64,000 bases of DNA. Source: Myxococcales bacterium (lineage in GTDB: Bacteria; Myxococcota; Myxococcia; Myxococcales; Myxococcaceae). Within the stretch, counting starts at the first letter, position 1. Each line of letters begins with the position of its first letter. The notes under the pieces were generated by a model that saw only the letters and a list, made by a program, of their open reading frames with translations, had not been told where the DNA came from and did not search any database. The position numbers were made by a program, and so were the translations under genes. This document shows positions 54,020 to 64,000 of this stretch, piece after piece. Location: positions 8,368 to 72,367 of the forward strand of contig JAUYSO010000017.1 in the NCBI GenBank assembly GCA_030696265.1, read 5' to 3'.

Positions 54020-54499
54020 GTGATGAACGCGAAGAGACCTTCAGGCAAGGTGAAGCCGAAGCCCGCACGCAAGGCGACGGCACGCAAGTCCATGAAGCCC
54101 GTGAAGCTGCTCTCGGGCGGCAACCCACAGATCGCGAAGGGTGACGGTGACGCGCCCGTGAGGGCGTACATCGCTGCGTTGCCAGGTTGGAAACGCGACC
54201 TCGCAGCGCGCCTCGACGCGCTCATCGTGCGGAGCGTGCCCACCGTACGCAAAGCCGTGAAGTGGAACTCGCCGTGCTACGGAGTCGAAGGCCACGGCTG
54301 GTTCCTCGGCGTTCACGCCTTCACGAGGTACCTCAAGCTGGCCTTCTTCCGCGGCACATCGCTGCGACCGATGCCGCCGGGAGAGAGCAAGACGCCCGAG
54401 ACGCGGTACCTCGACCTCCACGAAGACGACCCAATCGACGAAGCGCAGCTCGCGAGGTGGTTCAAGCAGGCGGCTGCGGTGCCGGGCTGGACGCCGTAG
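54020..54499 (+). CDS. DUF1801 (YdhG-like) domain protein
   Basis: KWNSPCY...HAFTRYLKLAFF is DUF1801-like. Lys-rich N-terminal tail. Confidence 0.6.
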   Translation: MMNAKRPSGKVKPKPARKATARKSMKPVKLLSGGNPQIAKGDGDAPVRAYIAALPGWKRDLAARLDALIVRSVPTVRKAVKWNSPCYGVEGHGWFLGVHAFTRYLKLAFFRGTSLRPMPPGESKTPETRYLDLHEDDPIDEAQLARWFKQAAAVPGWTP

Positions 54500-54601
54500 C
54501 CACAGACGTGCTGCCCCTGAAACCACGGCTCGCCTCGTCTGAACGCTGTTGACTCATGCGTCCGTCGAGGCGAACACGTCGACACCTCAGGAGGCCGCAC
54601 C

Positions 54602-57600
54602 GTGGGCTCGTTCAAGGAAGTCTCGTCGGAAGGTGAGTTCGGAGCGCTGGAGCACGGCGTCATCGAGCTCTGGAAGCAGCAGAAGACGTTCGAGCGGTCG
54701 GTCGACCAGCGGAAGGACGCGAAGAACTTCATCTTCTACGACGGCCCTCCGTTCGCGACCGGCCTGCCGCACTACGGCCACCTCGTGGCCTCGACGCTCA
54801 AAGACATCGTGCCGCGCTACTGGACGATGCGTGGCTTCCGCGTGGAGCGCCGCTTCGGGTGGGACACGCACGGCCTGCCCATCGAGATGCAGGTCGAGAA
54901 GACCCTGAACCTCACCGGCCCGAGCAGCATTCGGGAGTTCGGCGTCGCGAAGTTCAACGAGGCCTGCCGCGGCAGCGTGCTCACCTACGTCGAGGAGTGG
55001 CGCCGCACTGTCACGCGCGTCGGCCGCTGGGTCGACTTCGACGACGACTACAAGACGATGGACCTCTCGTTCATGGAGAGCGTCTGGTGGGTGTTCGCCG
55101 AGCTGTGGAAGAAGGGGCTCGTCTACCAGGGCCGTCGCGTGATGCCGTACTCGTGGCGGCTCTCGACGCCGCTGTCGAACTTCGAGGCTGGCCTCGACTA
55201 CCGGTCGGTCGACGATCCCGCGCTGACGGTGCGGCTGACACTCGATGAACCGGTGGAAGGGAAGAAGGCGTCGCTGCTCATCTGGACGACGACGCCCTGG
55301 ACACTGCCGTCGAACCTCGGCGTCGCCGTGAAGGACGACATCGACTACGTGGTGGCCGATCACGAAGACGGCCAGCGCTACGTGCTCGCGAAGGACCTGC
55401 TGACGCAGACGCTCGGTGAGAAGGCGACCGTCGTCGCGACGCTCAAGGGCAAGGACTTGATCGGCAAGACGTACGTGCCGCTGTTCCCGTTCTTCGCGAG
55501 CCGTAAGGCGAAGGGCGCGTTCCGCGTCATCCACTCCGCGCACGTCACCACCACTGACGGCACCGGCCTCGTGCACATGGCGCCCGCGTTCGGTGAAGAC
55601 GACTTCGCGGCGTGCCAGGCCAACGGCATCGAGCTGGTCGATCCGGTCGACGCCGAGGGCAACTTCACCGCCGAGGTGCCGCCGTATCAGGGCAAGAACG
55701 TGAAGGAGGCCGACAAGCAGATCATGGCCGACCTCAAGGCGCAGGGCTCGCTGTTCAAGCACGCGCAGATCCGCCACGAGTATCCCTACTGCTACCGGTC
55801 CGGCACGCCGCTCATCTACAAGACGACGCCCAGCTGGTACGTGAAGGTCGAGCCGCTGCGCGAGCGCATGGTGGCGAACAACGCCTCGATTCACTGGGTG
55901 CCCGGCTTCGTCGGTGAGAAGCGCTTCGAGAACTGGCTCAAAGAGGCGCGCGACTGGTCGATCTCGCGCTCGCGCTTCTGGGGCACGCCGATTCCGCTGT
56001 GGACCAGTGACGACGGCAGCGAGTTCCACTGCGTCACGTCGGTCGAGGAGCTCGAGCAGCTCACCGGCGAGAAGGTGACCGATCTGCACCCACACAAGAT
56101 CGATCACCTGACGTTCACGAAGAACGGCAAGACGATGAAGCGCATCACCGACGTGTTCGACTGCTGGTTCGAGTCGGGCTCGATGCCGTACGCGCAAGTG
56201 CACTACCCGTTCGAGAACAAGGAAGCGTTCGAGCAGGCGTTCCCCGCGCAGTTCATCGCCGAGGGCCTCGATCAAACGCGCGGCTGGTTCTACACGCTGC
56301 TCGTGCTGTCGACGGCGCTGTTCGACAAAGCGCCGTTCAAGAACGTCATCGTGAACGGGCTCGTCCTCGCAGAGGACGGCTCGAAGATGTCGAAGAGCAA
56401 GCAGAACTACCCGGACCCGAACACGGTCATCGAGAAGCACGGCGCCGATGCGCTGCGTGCGTACTTGATCAACTCGCCGCTGGTGCGCGCCGAGCCGCTG
56501 CGCTTCTCGGAAGCCGGCGTGAAGGAAGTCGTGCGGACCGTGCTGCTGCCGCTCCAGAACGCGTGGAGCTTCTTCGTCACCTACGCGAACGTCGATGGGT
56601 GGAACCCGAAGACCGATCTCGCGAAGGCGCCGGCGCTCGAGCAGCGGCCGGAGCTCGACCGGTGGATCGTCTCGGTCCTGCAATCGCTGGTGCGGGAGAT
56701 CAACACGCAGATGGAGGGGTACTACCTCGACAAGGTCGTGCCGCCGATGCTCGGGTTCATCGACGATCTGACGAACTGGTACATCCGTCGATCGCGCCGT
56801 CGTTTCTGGAAGAGCGATGACGCGACGGACAAGGCCTCGGCGTACGCGACGCTGTACGAGGTGCTCACGACGTTCTCGAAGGTGATCGCGCCGGCGTTGC
56901 CGTTCTTCGCGGAGCGGCTGCATCAGAACCTGGTCGTAGAACCCGGAATGGCGAAGGCGGAGGACGAAGAGAACGCCGAAGTCGTGCGCAGCAGGGTCGC
57001 ATCGCTGAGCGCAGGACTCGAGAGCGTGAAGCACAAGCTCGACGAGCGAAGCGTTCACCTCTGCGACTACCCGCAGCCTGACGAGAAGAAGATCGACCGC
57101 GCCGTCGAGCTGGCGATGAAGTCGGCCCGAGAGACGGTCACCCTCGGCCGTGCGCTGCGTGAGAAGCACAAGCTCAAGACACGGCAGCCGCTCCAGACGC
57201 TCACCGTGGTCTCGACCGACGCTGCCGTTCGCGCGGCGCTCACTGCCCACGCGGAGCTGCTCGAAGAAGAGCTCAACGTGAAGCAGGTCGTCGCGCTGGC
57301 CGATGACGCCGAGCTCGCCACCCTCAGCTTCAAGCCCAACCTCAAGACGCTCGGGAAGAAGCTGGGCAAGAAGCTGAAAGACGCCTCGGTCGAGATCGCT
57401 GCGCTCACCCGCGAGCAGTGGGCGGCGCTCGAGCAGGGCGGCACCGTGACCGTTCAGGGCGAGGCGATCTCGAAAGACGACGTGCTCGTCGCGCGTACCG
57501 CGAAGGGCGAGTTCGTCGTCGAGTCGTCGGGAGACCTCACCGTCGCGTTCGACACGAAGGTCACCGACGTGTTGCGCCGCGAAGGCCTGATGCGTGAAGT

Positions 57601-57829
57601 CGTGTCGCGCGTTCAGAAGGCTCGCAAGGACGGCGGGCTCGAGGTCTCCGATCGCATCGTGCTGTCACTCGCCACGACGGACGCCGACCTGAAGCTCTGC
57701 TTCACGGAGCACGAGACGCGCATCAAAGACGAGGTGCTCGCGGTGAAGCTCGAGGTGCCGGAGAGCAGCGACGGCGAAGCGATGGACATCGATGGGCACG
57801 CCGTCACGGTGAAGGTGACGAAGGCCTGA
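54602..57829 (+). CDS. ileS: isoleucyl-tRNA synthetase (type 2)
   Basis: HIGH-type motif PHYGHL. KMSKS. GTG start with AGGAGG upstream. 1075 aa. Confidence 0.95.
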   Translation: MGSFKEVSSEGEFGALEHGVIELWKQQKTFERSVDQRKDAKNFIFYDGPPFATGLPHYGHLVASTLKDIVPRYWTMRGFRVERRFGWDTHGLPIEMQVEKTLNLTGPSSIREFGVAKFNEACRGSVLTYVEEWRRTVTRVGRWVDFDDDYKTMDLSFMESVWWVFAELWKKGLVYQGRRVMPYSWRLSTPLSNFEAGLDYRSVDDPALTVRLTLDEPVEGKKASLLIWTTTPWTLPSNLGVAVKDDIDYVVADHEDGQRYVLAKDLLTQTLGEKATVVATLKGKDLIGKTYVPLFPFFASRKAKGAFRVIHSAHVTTTDGTGLVHMAPAFGEDDFAACQANGIELVDPVDAEGNFTAEVPPYQGKNVKEADKQIMADLKAQGSLFKHAQIRHEYPYCYRSGTPLIYKTTPSWYVKVEPLRERMVANNASIHWVPGFVGEKRFENWLKEARDWSISRSRFWGTPIPLWTSDDGSEFHCVTSVEELEQLTGEKVTDLHPHKIDHLTFTKNGKTMKRITDVFDCWFESGSMPYAQVHYPFENKEAFEQAFPAQFIAEGLDQTRGWFYTLLVLSTALFDKAPFKNVIVNGLVLAEDGSKMSKSKQNYPDPNTVIEKHGADALRAYLINSPLVRAEPLRFSEAGVKEVVRTVLLPLQNAWSFFVTYANVDGWNPKTDLAKAPALEQRPELDRWIVSVLQSLVREINTQMEGYYLDKVVPPMLGFIDDLTNWYIRRSRRRFWKSDDATDKASAYATLYEVLTTFSKVIAPALPFFAERLHQNLVVEPGMAKAEDEENAEVVRSRVASLSAGLESVKHKLDERSVHLCDYPQPDEKKIDRAVELAMKSARETVTLGRALREKHKLKTRQPLQTLTVVSTDAAVRAALTAHAELLEEELNVKQVVALADDAELATLSFKPNLKTLGKKLGKKLKDASVEIAALTREQWAALEQGGTVTVQGEAISKDDVLVARTAKGEFVVESSGDLTVAFDTKVTDVLRREGLMREVVSRVQKARKDGGLEVSDRIVLSLATTDADLKLCFTEHETRIKDEVLAVKLEVPESSDGEAMDIDGHAVTVKVTKA

Positions 57830-57847
57830 CGTTCGGACTCGAGTGCT

Positions 57848-59200
57848 TCACGGCGCGCTCGCCAGGAACCAGAAGTTCGACGAGCCTGACGGCAGGTACA
57901 TGAAGCCGCGAAGCAACGGCAGGTAGCGCCAGCGGTTGTACACACCGTTCACGGCATCCGGCGGCGTCGGCCCCGTCGTCGGCTGCACGGTGGCCTCGAA
58001 CGTATCGGCGTTGATTCGCGTCACCACGCCGCCAGTCGACGTCTTCAAGTAGTACGCGTCGTCGCGCGCGAGGAACTCGAGGCCCGCCTGCTGCTGAATG
58101 GCGCTCGCCGCGCTCGGCCCGGTGAAGGTCACGTCGCTCGCCATCGACGTTCCGCTGAAGGTCACGACGAGGCCCTGCCGCTGCATCACGCGATACGCGT
58201 TTCGCGTGAAGAGCACGCGCTGGCGAACCGTGTCGACCGCCGACGGTGACTCCGTCACCACGTCGTTGCCCGCGTAGCTCGGCCGGGCAGCCAGCGTGCT
58301 CCACATCGCGGTCGAAGCGGTCCACTTGCGGAACGAGCCTCCGAAGAACGTGAACGCGTCGTCAGTCGTCTCATGCTGCGCATACGGCCGGCCGATGTTG
58401 CCGCCTGCCGGCATCCCGCCCTCCCACGTGCCCGCAGGATCCCAATCGTTGCTGGTCAGGCTGAACGCGTCGACCTTGCTGCTGCTGAAGTTCCCGGAGC
58501 CCCAGTTCGACCCCGCCGACAGCTTGAAGATGCGCCCGCGCGACCGCACGTACTGGAGCGCGTAATAGAGGTGCGTCGAGCTCGGCCGACCATCGGCGTA
58601 GTACTCGACCTCGACGCTGATCGCCGTGCCAGGCGTCGGGCCACGGAGCAACCGCCAGCGTGGTTGATCAGCCTGCAGGTCGATCTCGTACGCCTCGTTC
58701 CCTGCCCAGTCGCCGTGGCCTCCGGCGCCCGCGAGGTACACGCGGTTGTTGTCGCGATTCACCGCGAGTCCATTCCACGCGTTGATCCGCTGCGTCGGCG
58801 CCACCATCATTCCGTTGAAGGGATCTGCCACGCGCTGGTTCGACAACGCCGAGCCCGGGATCTCGACCCACTGCCAGGCTGCGAGTCCCTGCCTCCAGGT
58901 GGGTGTACCGCCGTCGACCGGACCCGGGCTTCCACCGCCGGCGACGACGCCGCCTGCCGAGCCTCCGCCCGCCGAGCCACCCGCGCTCCCGCCGCTCGCC
59001 CCACCTGCCGTGCTGCCTCCCGCCGCGCCTCCACCAGCCGAGCCGCCTGCGCTGCTTCCACCGCTCGCGCCGCCAGCAGCTCCACCACCGGCGATGACTG
59101 CACCTCCAGCGGAGCCTCCTGCAACGCCTCCATCGACCTCAGCCACGGTCGCCTCACACCCGGCCACCAGCACCGCCATCACCGCGAGCGCAGTTCGCAT
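57848..59200 (-). CDS. Gly-repeat lipoprotein with C-terminal beta-rich domain (function unknown)
   Basis: Start MRTALAVMAVLVAGCE (lipobox) inside ORF 57848..59368. (GGSAGG)n linker. Confidence 0.6.
   Translation of the reverse strand: MRTALAVMAVLVAGCEATVAEVDGGVAGGSAGGAVIAGGGAAGGASGGSSAGGSAGGGAAGGSTAGGASGGSAGGSAGGGSAGGVVAGGGSPGPVDGGTPTWRQGLAAWQWVEIPGSALSNQRVADPFNGMMVAPTQRINAWNGLAVNRDNNRVYLAGAGGHGDWAGNEAYEIDLQADQPRWRLLRGPTPGTAISVEVEYYADGRPSSTHLYYALQYVRSRGRIFKLSAGSNWGSGNFSSSKVDAFSLTSNDWDPAGTWEGGMPAGGNIGRPYAQHETTDDAFTFFGGSFRKWTASTAMWSTLAARPSYAGNDVVTESPSAVDTVRQRVLFTRNAYRVMQRQGLVVTFSGTSMASDVTFTGPSAASAIQQQAGLEFLARDDAYYLKTSTGGVVTRINADTFEATVQPTTGPTPPDAVNGVYNRWRYLPLLRGFMYLPSGSSNFWFLASAP
58915..59135 (-). 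repeat. intragenic imperfect Gly-rich tandem repeat
   Basis: Repeated ccgcc.gc.gagcc units on the plus strand encoding GGSAGG. Confidence 0.6.
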
Positions 59201-59232
59201 GGCGTGGAGCCCACAGGAATCGGCCTCAGGTG

Positions 59233-59958
59233 TCACGCGCTCGGTGACAGCCCGCACGCGAGCGCGACGTCGTCGCGGTACACGAGCCACGCGGCGAGCA
59301 CCTGCTCCATCGACGCGATGACGTTCGCGTGCTCCGACGCAGGCACGTGGTCGAGCATCACGCGCCACGCGGCCTTGCGGTGGTCGCCCTCGACCCCGCG
59401 ATGCGCCTTCGTCAACGCGAGCGACTCGATGGGCAGTCCGTAGTGCTTCACGAGTGGGTGCTCCGACAACGCCGGCTCGGGCCTCGGCGGCGCGTTCGCG
59501 TCGAACAGCGAGCGCTCGTGCGGCGTGCCCTCGAGGAAGAGCGTCACCACCGCCGCCGCGACGCTCCAGCCTCTCGCCTGCGTCGTCTCATCCAACAGGC
59601 CGCGGTACAGCTTCGCGCCGGGTAACAACGTCACGGCCTCGAAGCGTGACAGCTCGAAGCCGAGGCCCTTCGGGTACTCCAGGAACAGCTCGGGGTGCGG
59701 CCGGCCCGCGTGCAGTCCACCGGTCTCTTCTTCGTAGAGGTTCTCGGCGAGCTCGCGGCGCACGAATGGAATCGGGCACTGCACGTACGCGCGGCCCACC
59801 AGCACCGGGAAGTCGCGCACGAAGACCGCGTACTCCTGTTCGAGGTGCACGTGCAGCAGCGCCTTCGCCACCGTTCCATTCGTGAAGCTCGCCCACGCCC
59901 AGTGCTGCTTCTGCTCCATCACGCCGAGCAGGGCTTCGCGGAAGTCGTCGCGCGTCAT
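59233..59958 (-). CDS. PqqC/TenA-like (heme-oxygenase-fold, iron-containing redox enzyme family) protein
   Basis: All-helical profile with conserved E/H/Y pattern (HVHLEQEY...). Family assignment tentative. Confidence 0.45.
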   Translation of the reverse strand: MTRDDFREALLGVMEQKQHWAWASFTNGTVAKALLHVHLEQEYAVFVRDFPVLVGRAYVQCPIPFVRRELAENLYEEETGGLHAGRPHPELFLEYPKGLGFELSRFEAVTLLPGAKLYRGLLDETTQARGWSVAAAVVTLFLEGTPHERSLFDANAPPRPEPALSEHPLVKHYGLPIESLALTKAHRGVEGDHRKAAWRVMLDHVPASEHANVIASMEQVLAAWLVYRDDVALACGLSPSA

Positions 59959-60040
59959 GGAGCGATTGTCAGGGCTCCAGCCCCTCGCCACAAGGGAGGC
60001 GCCACACGACGCGGCGCCCCGGCGATCTCGCTTCGTCCGT

Positions 60041-62812
<2,772 letters not shown>

Positions 62813-62931
62813 GCCGTCGACGCGTGCATGGCGCGCGCCATGCACGACTGAGGAGGACCGAGAACCTGATGCGCAACGGTTGCGCAGACGGGTTGGCTGG
62901 CGAGCGGACTTGCGCTCCACTGGAAGGCACC

Positions 62932-63237
62932 ATGGGCAAGAACGACAAGACCGAAGCCACCATCGAGAACCGCGTCTACCTGTTCGAGTCGCTCGCTGCG
63001 GCGTTCCTCGAGAAGGCGTCGGCTGATTTGGCTGGAAAGAACCCGGCGCGGAGGGCCCGGGTGATTCGTGCGCTCGCCGACCTCGCGTTCGTCAGCTGCG
63101 CGGTCGCCGACACCGGTGATCAGTCACCCAAGGCTGTGCGCAAGAAGGTGCTGAGCGCGGTCGAGCTCGAGGAGGCGGTGGACGTCGCGGTGCTCGCTCA
63201 AGATGATGGGGAAGACGAGCCGCACGCCGAAGATTGA
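62932..63237 (+). CDS. small acidic hypothetical protein (101 aa)
   Basis: Internal ATG of ORF 62806..63237. Coherent GC3 bias. No homology recognised. Confidence 0.35.
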   Translation: MGKNDKTEATIENRVYLFESLAAAFLEKASADLAGKNPARRARVIRALADLAFVSCAVADTGDQSPKAVRKKVLSAVELEEAVDVAVLAQDDGEDEPHAED

Positions 63238-63251
63238 TCCGACGACGCTCC

Positions 63252-63509
63252 TCAGCGCCTGCGAAGTCGCGCGATGAGATCGAGCAGGCCCGCGTAGCGC
63301 CCTTCGACGCCGACGTACCGCTCGAGCACGTAGAACAGAAAATAGTACGAGCGCGCCGACGACCAGACGCAGAGGCAGACGAGCGCCAGGCGAACGAGGC
63401 GGTCCTCCTCGAACACGAGGAGACCTCCACTCACGCCGACGATGACGAAGAAGAGAAGCCCCTTGCCGACGAGCCACCGCGTGCTGGTGAGATCGCCACC
63501 GAGCTTCAC
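63252..63509 (-). CDS. small two-helix membrane protein (85 aa)
   Basis: Two hydrophobic helices. Its start overlaps the stop of the upstream peptidase gene by 4 nt. Confidence 0.4.
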   Translation of the reverse strand: MKLGGDLTSTRWLVGKGLLFFVIVGVSGGLLVFEEDRLVRLALVCLCVWSSARSYYFLFYVLERYVGVEGRYAGLLDLIARLRRR

Positions 63510-64000
63510 CGGCGCTTGCCCTCCTGGAACGTCACCTCGAGCTCCACGCGTTGGCCCTCGCGCACCACGACGCCCGTCACGGTCTCGCCCGGCTTCGCCT
63601 GCATGAGCACGAACATCAGGTCCTCGACCGAGCCGACGTCGTACTTGCCGAGCTTCACGATGACGTCGCCCCGCCGCATGCCGGCCTTCTCGGCGCCACC
63701 ACCGGCCCGCACGTCGTCGAGCAGCACGCCCTTCACGCCCGGCAGGCCACCGCCATAGTTGGGCACGGTGCCGAGTGACGCGTTGAAGCTGCGCGAGTCA
63801 CCCCGAACCGGCGCGGGGAACTTCGCGTACGTCAGCGTCACGTCCTTCGAGGCGCTGACGATGGCGCTCACCACCTCGGCCACCTTCGCGATGCCGACGG
63901 CGTTGAGCTTGTCGGGCGTGTCGGAGGGCTTGTGGTAGTCGTTGTGCGCGCCGGTGAAGAAGTGCAGCACCGGCAGGCCTGCCGAATAGAAGCTGATGTG
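63506..64000 (-). CDS. M28-family peptidase with C-terminal PDZ domain, partial (5' end beyond window)
   Basis: HFFTGAHNDYHKPSDTPDKLN (M28 C-terminal motif). PDZ-like GVLLDDVRAGGGAEKAGMRRGDVIVKLG. The frame stays open to position 64000. Confidence 0.7.
   Translation of the reverse strand, partial: HISFYSAGLPVLHFFTGAHNDYHKPSDTPDKLNAVGIAKVAEVVSAIVSASKDVTLTYAKFPAPVRGDSRSFNASLGTVPNYGGGLPGVKGVLLDDVRAGGGAEKAGMRRGDVIVKLGKYDVGSVEDLMFVLMQAKPGETVTGVVVREGQRVELEVTFQEGKRR

Noticed and set aside
10375-59135. Regularly spaced short repeats at 10375-10545, 16450-16690, 26496-26750, 36950-37135 and 58915-59135, considered as CRISPR arrays
   Set aside because: The units are directly contiguous with no spacers, lie inside coding sequences, and encode Gly-rich peptide repeats. 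No cas genes are present.

Overview
High-GC (~70%) bacterial chromosomal segment, very probably from a myxobacterium (Myxococcota). Reasons: one protein ends in a MYXO-CTERM-type sorting tail (Cys, hydrophobic helix, RRRR); there are many lipoproteins with Cys-rich CxxxDDCNDxN-type repeats; an NtrC-type sigma-54 activator and Ser/Thr kinases are present; GC3 codon bias is strong. I call about 50 protein-coding genes on both strands. Housekeeping genes are ileS, pepN, ppdK, bioD and a tgt fusion. Other genes include a TonB-dependent receptor, HTTM and imelysin-like genes, an ABC exporter pair, a PlsC-type acyltransferase, TetR, AraC and NtrC-type regulators, a matrixin-like metalloprotease and many secreted hypothetical proteins. 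I found no rRNA, tRNA, CRISPR array, transposase or integrase. Coordinates of hand-located repeats and starts may be off by a few nt; gene frames follow the supplied ORF track. Most interesting regions: (1) A co-directional seven-gene cluster (24.8-33.3 kb) encodes a predicted outer-membrane beta-barrel with an N-terminal ComEA-type helix-hairpin-helix domain, two staphylococcal-nuclease-fold lipoproteins, a lipoprotein of four lamin-tail-domain-like repeats, a CxxCH heme lipoprotein, a small methyltransferase-like protein and a TonB-family protein. I read this as a candidate envelope DNA capture/degradation or uptake module. (2) Three tandem paralogous lipoprotein genes share a conserved leader and C-terminal motif, are translationally coupled to a NUDIX hydrolase, and lie divergent from an NtrC-type activator. 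(3) A queuine tRNA-ribosyltransferase is fused to an MnmC-like (DUF752) methyltransferase domain. (4) A ~125-bp direct repeat that duplicates the pepN start flanks a four-gene TonB-receptor/HTTM/imelysin-like island. (5) Three ~83-bp intergenic tandem repeats sit upstream of a frameshifted Cys-rich gene. (6) An anomalously AT-rich intergenic patch with a sigma-54-like -24/-12 element lies upstream of a membrane-anchored Ser/Thr kinase.
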